From positions 1,503,566 to 1,567,565 of the forward strand of contig MU004195.1 of the NCBI GenBank assembly GCA_010093605.1: DNA of 64,000 bases. The letters run 5' to 3'. The position numbers and the translations under genes are program-made. This DNA is from Lophium mytilinum. Lineage: Eukaryota. This document shows positions 11,027 to 21,825 of the stretch, in pieces (the first letter of the stretch is position 1; each line of letters starts with the position of its first letter). Below the pieces are notes generated by a model, which saw only the letters and a program-made list of their open reading frames with translations, ran no database searches and had not been told where the DNA came from.

Positions 11027-12991
11027 CTATAAGTCTGTGCGAGCTTTCTTGTATAGCCCATTGGAGCTCACCTCGGCTTTCCGCTTGCCCAGTATCGAGT
11101 CGGGTGTCCCTCGACCGCCGCCAAGCCCGCTGCCTCTACTATACTCCTCCCAGCATGTCGCGTGATAGACCTTTTCGTTGACCTTGATAGCGTCCATCCA
11201 CACAAAGTCGTTAGCCTCAACGAGCCACTGCGGCTCGAACTTTTCTTGACAGATGGGACACGGTGCATGAACAAGAGCCGCGTCGGTCGGCACGTGAATG
11301 TATTGATCCTTCGCTTCCTTCTTTGCAGCAGCCGGCCCACCAGCTGACGTCCCATTCGAGACCGGAGCTGGAGCCGCCTCATCCTCCTCTCGAAACTCGA
11401 TCCAATCCCTCTCGCCAATGTACCAGTCTCGGTGGACTCCTCGCTTAGCGACGTCGGGATCTTTAACCTTGAAATGCCAGTCCATGTGCCTGGCCTTCAT
11501 CTCCTTACCCTTTGGCGAGCTCTCGAACCGTCGTCCGCACGTCACACACTGATTAGGTAGCGCCTCGTAAAGCTTCGATATCAGATGAGGTCGAGACTTT
11601 TTAGCGATTGAGGCGGTAGTAAGTTCTACATCGTTACCATTGCTTGGTGTTCCGGGCAGCAGCTTGTGCGTATTGAGAGCTTGAAGGAGCCAGTCGGCAC
11701 TGCCTATGGGAGTTGGCTGAGGTGGAGCTACGGGTGTAGGTGGGGGTGCATACTGTTGAAGTAGTTGGGCGAGACTCGGAGCAGCTGGTGGTGGGAGAGC
11801 GGGCGGAGGGAAGCTGGGGGGAGCCGACACAAAAGGAGTAGGCGTACTTGACGTCAGAAGGCTACTCAACCAGGCGGGGTCGAAACCTGGTGGTGGAATG
11901 GCAGGCTGTGGTGTACGTACCGAAGGAGGAGGGTGAAATCCCATCACCGGCCCTCCTGCTTCCCAGGAGCTGGTTCCTGGCATGTGAGGGGGAATGGATG
12001 TGACATATGGAGGCGGTGCGATGGAGACCGGGGGAGTTGGAGCTGGTGCGGGACTGAGCTGAATAATCTGCTGCTGGATCATCCTAATTTGATCAGGTGG
12101 CAGCTGCTGGGACTTGAGGATCGTTTGTAGATCGATTAGGGCCTTCAATTTTTGCTGTATGTGGGAGTCACCGGGGTTGCTGGCCCACTCCATCTTCGTG
12201 GTGTTGATAAGCATATCGAGATCGATATTGAGCTTGTTGAGGTCTATAGATGGCTGCATGTCGGGAAGAAACGAGCGCTGTTGTTGGGGAGGCGGGAAGT
12301 GATTTGGTGGAGGAGTTGGCGCTGGAGGGAACTGATCTCTGAGGGGCAGTTGCTGTCGTCGTGGGTCGTTCGTCGGTGTGTAGCGTGCAGCTGTCTGGGA
12401 AGGCGACGGCGTGTGGCGCCAAGGTGCACCAACCGGTGGTCGCGGAGGGATCGCATGCTGTAGTGCCTGCTTCTGAGAAAGAGCCTGCTGCTGAATCGCA
12501 ACTGTTCGGTACTTGATCAAGGCACTCTCGATGTCTCGAGTAACATCAGCGGAGAATACAGGACGAGGGTCCACGGATTCTGGAACCGGCTGCTTCCATG
12601 TCTTCAGTAGACCTTCCATGGCCTTGCGGGTGGACGCATCCACGATCGCATATGCACTCATGAACGTGCTGTAGAGATTTCGACCAAGAAAAAGGGTGTA
12701 TGGCGTTCCAACGTTCTTGACGATGGAGTCGAGGACGTAGAGAGCTGGGAGTTTCCACTCCGGTCGAGTCTAAGTAAGTTAGCTTTTTGTACTGCGTAAA
12801 AGTTCGCGAGAACCAATGACCTGTCTTACCGTCTGAATGTGTTTTTCGAGTTCTCGAGATATCCCCTGCGCATGCTCTGTATTCTCTTTCGCGATGATGG
12901 TTAGATTGCTAATTTCAGGTCTGCTGTTGATCTTCAGGTCTTGTAGAGCGTCTTTGAAGTCGGCAGCAACTTCAGCGGATGGTAAAGACAT
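11027..12991 (-). CDS. PCF11: mRNA cleavage/polyadenylation and termination factor Pcf11 (CID domain plus C-terminal zinc-binding region)
   Basis: ATG 12991 MSLPSAEVAADFKDALQDLKINSRPEISNLTIIAKEN; intron 12770-12829; KLPALYVLDSIVKNVG CID motif; C-terminal CVTCGRRF..HMDWHF and CPICQEKF..YHATC. Confidence 0.93.
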
Positions 12992-14168
12992 GGTGGGCAA
13001 CTGGTTTGGAGGCTACTTCAAGGCAAAACACAGGAGTTAGTGCTTCGGGGCTTGCTATGAAGGAAGTGGGCTGAAGTTTGTGAAAGCCGCGACGTCGGAT
13101 GACTGTGGACCGGATCCAGTGCAGGCTGACCCCAATGTCAGATGAATGAAATTCAACTTTTTCCTCTCGCACACAGGAATGAAAAGCTGTATGTATCGTT
13201 GCTAGCTATAATCCACCACGCAAGAACAGCAGTGGCTCCTGCGTTGAGTCACCAAGCTGTGATGAACCACTCCCTCCGCTCTGCCGCCACCTCAACAGCC
13301 CAATATAAGACCCGCCACTTGCGCAGTACCAGGCGCAGAAGGGCTTGCGTTCCGGGCAGTATCGCAGGCCCGTCAGACCAAGTGCAAGGCACGAGACAAA
13401 CAAGGAATCCGCGGGGTGTGTGGCTCGTGGATGGCGGTGGTGGTGAGTAAAGTGTCGTTTCTGGGGTGTGGGGTGTAAGCGAAATGAGGGTCCTCGGTGT
13501 CTGTCTTTGTTATAGAGGTGGTGTGTTGGCGGTGGTTGTGTGAGGTTGTCGGTCTTTGAGGTCGGAGCTGAGGTAAAGTGAAGTTACGGGCCGGGGCGCT
13601 AGCCTGGAATAAGTTGGTAGTCTCACGTGATCACAAAGAATCACGCATCTGCCCATGCAGGGCATAAAAAAGGTGGCACTCTATTCTACATAGGTGGTGT
13701 GCGTATGTATGCCACTGCTTGGAGTTCGTCAATGCATTTTCGGATATTCAAACGGGATCGAAGTTCTTCCTTCTGGGGTCTGAAGAAACTGGCTAAGGCA
13801 CTTCAAGCAGTGTTAAACAGGTGCATTTGAAATGTGGTAATTGAGCACTAATAGAGAGTGGCAGTCTATACTAAAAATCCGTGAGGTATATAGACTTGAT
13901 TTGTTTTCTGTATACGCTTGTCTAGCACCGCTTGAGGCTCTCCAGTATACTATTGCAATTCACAAAATGCCAGCTCTGGCAAGCCCTACTAGGAGGCAGC
14001 TCTTTGGGCCACCTCAGACAGTGTTAAACTGCTGTAGTGTGCCACTTTTTTTACGCCTAGCGTGCCTGCTTAGAATGACGCAGCCACATGCCACCTGCAT
14101 TTCTTCACAAACAACAACCTTCCTAACCTATCGCACACCTCAAACCTACCATCAAGCATACCGCAACC

Positions 14169-14576
14169 ATGAGATTCGCCATCTTCTCCATCCTCTTTGC
14201 GCTCCTTGCCGCTCTTGCCATGGCTAAAGCCCCTCTCAAGTCCGTCATTGTTAGCTATCCGGACAGCACACCGAACTCGGTCTTAGACAAGGCAAAGTCC
14301 GCTATTGTAGAAGCCGGCGGAATCATCACTCATGAATACAGTAAGTCTACACGCTGCTCTGAAACATCCACACGGCTAACAATATCGCAGATATCATCAA
14401 GTAAGTCACCAGTTCGCGATCGCATGGCTGGTACAATACTGACGCAGACCGAAAGAGCCTTTGCCTGTAACGCGCCTACGGCCGTCCTGGAGAATGTGCA
14501 GGCCTGGGGCAACGAGTATAATGCGCTGGTCGAGGAAGACTCCGTTGTCACGACATTCGGAGGAGGAAAGGAGTAG
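14169..14576 (+). CDS. Small secreted protease-propeptide/inhibitor I9-like protein (~100 aa after splicing)
   Basis: Hydrophobic signal peptide; VIVSYP..AKSAIVEAGGIITHEY; introns 14341-14390 and 14401-14455 flank a 10-nt exon giving Y-NIIK-AFA; ends VEEDSVVT. Confidence 0.8.
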   Translation: MRFAIFSILFALLAALAMAKAPLKSVIVSYPDSTPNSVLDKAKSAIVEAGGIITHEYSKSTRCSETSTRLTISQISSSKSPVRDRMAGTILTQTERAFACNAPTAVLENVQAWGNEYNALVEEDSVVTTFGGGKE

Positions 14577-15269
14577 GCGCTTTAGTCGCAATACTCCGCA
14601 AAACTGGGTCTTAAGTCTCTGATGCATATATGAAAACGGTTCGGCACAAACGGTGTTAGGGGCGTCTTACGGGAGGACTCTTTGGCTGGGGAACAGTCGG
14701 TGTTGGGATAAGGCGGTTGCATGAAAACCAACAAGGAGTACGAAGTCGAATTCACGAATATAATTATAGCTATAACAATGAAAATCTGATTATCGCCCGA
14801 TTCGCCAAGGCCGTGAATCTGCATGGCACATGTATGGCTTCAAGTCGGTGATATGCATGAGCAAGCCAGGTCTGCCCGAGCAAATGGCGGTCTCCCGAAA
14901 CGCCTCTAGAATAGAATGTTTCAGAGAAGAAGCAGCCCTTATGCGACCGCGACAATACCCATCTGCTGGATTCCCCGCTGCAATTTGCACATTACCTACC
15001 TTCCACCTGCATTTATCGTCGAGACCCCCGCAAAGCACTACCGGCCGCTGTGTCCCGCCTTCTCGAAGCCGTGCTGGGATTCGCTAGCGTCTCTAACTCC
15101 GCCGAGCCTCGAGCTTCGCGTTGACAATTCCCCCCGAGACGCCGTACCATTTATTTCACTAATGCTGTCTGCGCCCGCTCAATATGCATAGGAGCCGTCA
15201 TTCAGGAGCATCGACGCGACCATCAAATCACCACCGTTTCTGCACTAGAAACAACACGCGCCTGAGGCC

Positions 15270-18200
15270 ATGGACGACTTCAAGCCTGAGCTGTTAAAAG
15301 CTCTCCTGGAATGGGTGAGCTCCGTCCTCTTTCACCCTAAACCCCACGTCTGACTTCCCAGGTGAATACATTCGGCCTCCCCCAGAAGGTCACGCAGTGG
15401 AGCCAGCTCGAAGATGGCCAAATACTGTGGCAGATCCTCGCCGATGTCGACCCTGAATACTTCCACGGCGAGCTTCCAGAGACAGACCGCAAGAGCACTG
15501 AGAACTGGATACCACGATGGCAGAATGGTATGAGATAATTTCATTCTAAATACGGGGAGGACAAGAGCTGATACTGGCGTAGTAAAACACATTGACCGGG
15601 CGGTCACAACATATATCAGGGATGAATGCGGCAAGCTGCCAGTGCTGAGCAAGAAGATGACCCCTGACTTGAAATTGGTTGCACAAGAAGGGTCTCCTAA
15701 GCTCACAGCAAAGGTAAGCATGCATCTAGGTCTACCAGTCTCAGAACACTAGCTCACCTTCTGTAGCTGGCTATGTCTGTGCTGCTTGTCGCCTTTTACT
15801 CCTCCAACTCCAATCAGCGCATGATTCAAGTCGTGAGCAGCCTAGGCCAACAAACGGCGGGTACTATCGCTACTGCGATACAGGATATGGAGAGCTGGGA
15901 TCAAAGCATGGCGGACCTCGGTGTAGATCAAGAATTGACCTCCGAACCGGATACTTCTGACCCTGGACCACCTCCACGGTTATCTTCAGTGGAACGGGAT
16001 CCTGATCTCGAGCGGGAGGCCGAACTGATTCAGGCCAATCGAGAAATCAAGCAACTCACCTCGAAAATAGCCATCCTGACTTCCGACTTGGACACGTCGC
16101 GAACAAGGATCTCCACCCTCGAAGAAGAGCTGGTAGAATCAAACCTGATGCTCGATCGCGGAGTTCGAGAACAGTCCGATAACGATGACCTTGAGCGTTT
16201 CCGATCAGAGGCGTTGAGGGATAGACAGCATATTGCTGAATTAGAAGGCGAGCTTGCCGACGAGAAAGCTTTAGTCGCTAATCAAGAAAGGCAACTTGAA
16301 CGGTTAAAAACCGATGCGGATACTAAGCAAGACTTGCGAGACGAACTGCAGATGGTCAAATCGGAGCGAGATGAGCTCTCTCAAAAGGCCAAAGCAAATG
16401 AGAATTTGCACAAGAAGATCCGCGCAATGAACGAAGCAGCGAAGGCAAGCGAGGCCACGAGGCTAGATCTACAACAAACTCGCGAAGAACTTGACGAGCT
16501 TCGGCCATTCAAAGAGCGGTGCAATGCCCTCGAGAAAGTGAACAAGGAAAACCAAACGACTATTGAAAATGGCGAGCAGTCGCTTTTCGAGGAGAAGAGC
16601 CGCCGAACTCGTGTGGAGCATGAAAATCAAGTCCTCCTTAAACAGCTCGACCAAGCCAGAGACTTGCAAAATAGGGCAGAGGACTTCCGGAAAGAGCTAG
16701 AAGACAAAGTCCGAGAGCTAGAATCCAGTAACCACAACGGCCGAGGAGGCAGTCTAGAGGACGAACTAAACGTAGACGACAGCACAGAGATCATGGACGA
16801 GACGCCTAAAGCAGGGACTGACAGTATCGCCACATCGGAGACCATCATGCTCCACCAGAAGGTGGAACTTCTTTCCAATCGGTTGAAGTCTATCGAAAAG
16901 CAGTATCTGGATATGCTCCAAGAGAATCTTGGCCTGAAGTCAGATCTGAAGCACGGTATCAAGAGCGAAGAGAGCGAACGGTATGACGCTCAGTTCAAGT
17001 CAATATTCGAATCAACCCTTACTGACCCACTTCAGACCTTTCCTCGAGCAGAACGAAAAGCTCACAGCCACTGAAACTGAACTTCAAGAGCTGCAGCGAC
17101 AGTTCCGAGAGAAGGAATTAGAGAACGCCGAGCTTCGGAATGAACTCGCGAAAGGTCATTATAACCCTCGCTTGATCCAATTGATCTGACTGACCAAATG
17201 TCCGATAGGCTCCACGAGTACTGATACTGAAGGCCCTGAATTCCAAGCGCTTCGATTAAACAACGAGCGTCTCCTAAAGTCATTTAACGATCTACAGAAG
17301 CACAACAAAAATATCGAAGGCAGTTTGGACGAGAAGACTGGTCTTCTCCGTACCGCGCTGCTTGAATATGATAATCTCCCTGATGAGCTTCGCCAATTGC
17401 GATCTGCAGAGCTGCTGAAACAGATTCGTGAACAGATCGAGTCTGTCCTCCACGCGTCGCCCGAAGAAAAATCCAAGAGCTTGGAGTCGACAGCGATGGA
17501 TATCACAGACCGGCTTCAAACTGGGCAAGCTGCTCTCGATGCGGCGAAGAAGGTAAGCAAACATCTCTTAGAGCCGGACGATTCCAGCTCTTCAGAATCT
17601 ACTCTCCTGTCAACCTTCCAATCTACCTTTTGCATCCCTCCCTCTCCCATTGAAGAGGACACGGTCCTTCTTTCTCGGACATCGTCGCCGACGAAACTCA
17701 ATGTGAATGTCTTGGTCACGCTTTCACCCACAACGCTCTCTCCCGTCGAGCCATCTTATCTTCCTTCGCCGTATAGGTTGGGGAGGTGGTTCGGTTCGTT
17801 CAGGAGGGCGCCCAGGCGATGTTAGTCCCCTTGACTGGGACTCGACCACTTTACTACCCCCTCCTACCATTGTCACGAATGACTGCCATGTCTTTTCACC
17901 CGTCACCATACCTCCCACCCATTCGCCTAGAGTACTCGAATTAAGAAATATCCACTAACACGACATAGGAAATCCAAACCCACAAGTCAGCCATGGACGC
18001 CATGCGCCTCGAACTCGAAAAAGCTCAGCGAGAAGGAGGCGGCCCAGCTTCAGTATGCCCCCCTAAATTTCCTAACCCCTACCCTTTAATTTCACACATA
18101 TCTAACATTCTCCCCCAGGAATCCCTTCAGCAGGAAGTCGACAACCTCCGCCGCGAAAACAAGCTCATCACCACGGCGTGGTACGACATGACGACGCGGC

Positions 18201-18395
18201 TGCAAAGCAACACGGTGGTGCTGCAGCGGCGCAGCGAGGCGCCCAAGAGCTGGCTTGGCCGGCAGCGCGCTGTGGTGGGCGGGTTGGGAAGTTCCGTAAG
18301 TTGCATGATACTCTTTGATACTCTTTACACACATGTGTTTTCCTCCTCTCACGCAATTTGCTAACGTTTGTGCCCACCCTCAGGCCAGGAGATAG
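15270..18395 (+). CDS. hookA: Hook-family dynein/early-endosome adaptor (HookA/Hok1-like coiled-coil protein), multi-exon
   Basis: N-terminal ALLEW/VNTF..LEDGQILWQILADVDPEYF Hook domain; long coiled coil; C-terminal LRRENKLITTAWYDMTTRLQSNTVVLQRRSEAPKSWL; last exon GCC AGG AGA TAG at 18384-18395. Confidence 0.85.
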
Positions 18396-18741
18396 TCTAT
18401 TTTCCACGCAACACATTCCCACACCCCACACATTTGTAGAGAAGATGGACAGAGGATTTAGCATCAAGAGCTATCAAACACGCATTCTTGAACAGACCGC
18501 GAAAGGCTGGCTGGACATGGTAGATTTTTGTAAGGTTTTTTGTGTGTTGTCGGTTTTTTGTCATTATACCCCCCGGTCACATCTGCATTCAGCGCGGCGT
18601 TTTCGTTGCGCGTTGTGTGTGTTTTTGCGTTTCACTTTTCATCTATACACATTGTTAGTACGCGGGGGAACCTGGGCTCCGTGCGGGTATAGACTCTGTT
18701 ACAAACGTAGATATATATATATACAGCAGCACATCATCACG

Positions 18742-18768
18742 GCATCGCATCGCATCGCATCGCATCGC
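18742..18768. repeat. (GCATC)5 microsatellite
   Basis: Read directly, between the convergent Hook and TBCB 3' ends. Confidence 0.9.
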
Positions 18769-18895
18769 TCGGCTTATGGCTCTGTGCTATGAATTATGTG
18801 GCATTGGTATGACTGTCCTCCTCCAGCCTTTTAGCCCTACTCGCAATCATTCCCTCCGAACTGGAGTAGACCCTACCCCCCCTACCGCTTCTGTC

Positions 18896-18930
18896 NNNNN
18901 NNNNNNNNNNNNNNNNNNNNNNNNNNNNNN
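18896..18930. other. Assembly gap (35 N)
   Basis: Run of N immediately beyond the TBCB stop codon. Confidence 0.99.
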
Positions 18931-18933
18931 AAC

Positions 18934-21372
18934 CTACATCTCCTCATCCTCCCCCTCAACCCCCAACTCCTCCCACTCCCCCGGCTCGCACCGCTCCGGC
19001 CGCACAAACGCACCTTTGTTCTTCCCCGCCTCGAAATACCGCACCCCCTTGACGCTGCCGTCGTTCTTCCCCGTCGGTTCGTCCAGCGCCACGCCGACCC
19101 AGGGCCCGAGGCCTGGCAGCTCGGGGACTGGGCCGATGAAGCGGATTGTGCCGCGGCGGGCGTCGGTGGCGGGGAGGAGGCGGATGCGGGTTGAGGTTGC
19201 GAGGCCTGCGCGAAAAGGAAGGGTTAGTTAGTTAGGTAGGTAAGTAGGTAGCAGGGAAGTGGAATGAAGGGGGTATTGGGTCAGCAGGAAAGTGGATCAA
19301 GAGAATATTAGTTTCGCAGGGTTCGGCAGGGTGTTGTTGAGGCTTAGAGATAATAAACGAGGAGATTTAAAAGTAGAGATGGCGCAATGTGGGTTTTTGC
19401 TTTTGCGGGGAACGGGGGAGCGGGTGCCGGGTGGGTTTTAGGGTGTGGAGGTTGCTCCGAGTGGAGAGCGTGGCCTCGCGTGGTTGAGGAGAAGGTGAGG
19501 CGTATTTTTTGTGGCGGGACGGGAGTATGAGGCCTCGTGTCTCCGGGACCTGGGATTTGGTAATGACGTATACGATGTCATCGCGGCTTCTACGCGTATC
19601 GGATTGTTGAGAGCGGTAGGTCTGGGTTCTAGAAGAGTGAGGCCGGTGGCGTTGACGACGGCGAGTTGCGGAGAAGTCGCTATCGTTCACCATCTTGAAT
19701 GTTGGTGGCGGCTGGAAGAGTGGGCGTGAAGGCTAGGTTTGAGATGACCCTTGTTGTTGAGTTTTGTGAGGCTGGTGGCTGGATATGAAGGGTATGATCT
19801 ACGCCGATCGACCAAAGATCAACAATGTGACAGATACTGGGCGGCCGCCCTCGTGGAGCCCAGGCTTCCAGATTCGCGAGGTGTGCCATTGATCGCAAGC
19901 ATTACATGCTGATCCTCTATCCAATGTTTCGGCAAGCGTCCAAAAGAGGTCTTGTCCAGAACACTCGCCGTCGGAGATTTCGTCAGCCGTAAGAACGATA
20001 CGACGACGTCTGGTCAAGGTGTCTGATTGCGGGGTTCGAGTGGAAAGCCTCAAATGCAGCCGCGTCCCGAAATGGATAGCTGTGAGGTACGCGAGATGGT
20101 GATGCAGCGCCTCGGGAATCTCTCGAGCAAGTGGGGGCCGCAGCAGAAGCTCCCCTGCAGCCGCCACTCAAATACTTGACGAAACTCGTTGCTTTTGGCG
20201 GCCTGCAATCATGCGCTCTGGTCGGTTTGGGCGACCGGGGAATCTCTACTCACGACATAGGGACACGTTGGGGCAAGGATGCGGAAAAACAAAGATCCAT
20301 GCTGACGTTACGGTGCTTACCTCGCTCTTCAACCTCCCTTTCCAGGGCTCGGATCTTCTGCTCCTCGATGCTGGGCGCGTCCGGGTCGAAACGACCGAGC
20401 TTCTGCGCCTTTTTCCAGGCCAGGACACTGTCGCTGCGCGTCTCATATTCCGTGCTTGGCATGGTGTACTTGGCCACAGCAGAGACGTCGGAAAAGTCGG
20501 TTCGGGCCGACGGCGGGCGCGTGTCTACGACCTGGGAACATGATCAGAGCGGGTCTAGCTTGCGACGTTTGGTATTGCGTCAAATATGCTGCCGTCTCAA
20601 AGCGATAGGTGGTGAGATCAAAGCGGTGGGGTAGGGCAGGGTACGGGTACATGCGCGCAAAAGGCACTGCAAGTCTCGAAGCGCCGCAGGCATAAAAGTA
20701 AAAACGTTGGGGCCATGAAGTGGGAACAGATCACGGGCTTCTCCCGGATGTGACACGTCGGCGAACTGGTCGAGCAGGCGCTGACAGTGAGGCAGAGGTG
20801 TTTTGGGGCGGCGTCCGGGGTGCATGTTTCGGCATGGTAGCGAGGCTAAAAAGCAGCGCGCTGGCCGACGACAAGCGCTCCGTCATCAAGGTAATCCAGG
20901 GTCGTGGTGGCTTGTGAAGATGGGATTGCTGGCAGGGAAAAGCAAAAAGCAAAACGTGAATAATGGAGCCTCGACCGGGGATCCCGCCAGGTCCCAAAAC
21001 AACAGAAATGTGGCAGACGGCGATACGGCAGCACCGTTGGAATGGCCGCCACGGCTACGGCCACGGCCACGGCTACGGCTAAGGCGGCGCAGAGACAACA
21101 CGAAAGCGCATCCCACTTACATGTATTTCGGCGTAGGCCTGCAGCGGGAACGCCGCCAGCTGCGTGGTGTCCTCATCGGCGGCCTCGATGGCAATGGCAT
21201 CCTGCGAGCCAACACGTAGCGAGAGCTTCTGTGCTGAGGCCGGGATGCCCGTGATGGGCTCGAGGCGCGTCCGGAAGTGCGCGATGCTCCACGATGGCGT
21301 TACCCGGCGCTCAGACGATGAGTTTGCAGAGGTGATGAGGATGGGCACGTCGGCCGCAGATTGGAGAGACAT
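18934..21372 (-). CDS. ALF1: Tubulin-folding cofactor B (Ubl + CAP-Gly), 3 exons: 21372-21121, 20531-20321, 19205-18934
   Basis: Ubl part SSERRVTPSWSIAHFRTRLEPITGIPASAQKL; middle KYTMPSTEYETRSDSVLAWKKAQKLGRFDP; CAP-Gly WVGVALDEPTGKNDGSVKGVRYF; ends EEM*; GT-AG junctions are in phase. Confidence 0.92.
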
Positions 21373-21799
21373 TATTGTGACGGCGGACTTCTGGGGATAG
21401 ATTGGGAGAGAGAAGGGCTGCCGTTTCGGGAGAAGCACGGAGGCGGGCCAGCCAGAAGCGGACTGGGCTGGGCGAAAGGGATATATGAGGCACCAATTAT
21501 TACAGGTGAGCTCTGAGGGCGCTGCAGTATTGGGTTGCAAGTAATCCCCCGCGCAATAATCCTCAGGCTCGCGCGAGCAGGGGAACTCGGTGCGGGCGCT
21601 TGCAGCCGGCGTCGTCACGTCGTCAAATTGCAACGGCGCGCGTGAGAGTCCGTGAGCGTGTGGCGATGATTTGTTATTTGTTGGTGGCCTGTGGTGGTGA
21701 GGCCTGTCTGGTGTTGACCTCCGGTGTTTCGGAGCATCCGCGGAGATTTCCGAGTTCTGCTGACTACTCTGTCTTTAATTTGGAGGGCTTGGTTTGATT

Positions 21800-21825
21800 T
21801 GTAGGCGGATACTGTAGGCGGATAC
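21800..21825. repeat. Exact tandem 13-mer TGTAGGCGGATAC x2 upstream of TBCB
   Basis: Read directly. Confidence 0.85.

Noticed and set aside
19206..21120. Box C/D snoRNAs inside the long TBCB introns (the MIF2 intron was also inspected)
   Set aside because: No properly spaced RTGATGA and CTGA pair was found on the sense strand by eye; H/ACA RNAs cannot be excluded without a covariance search
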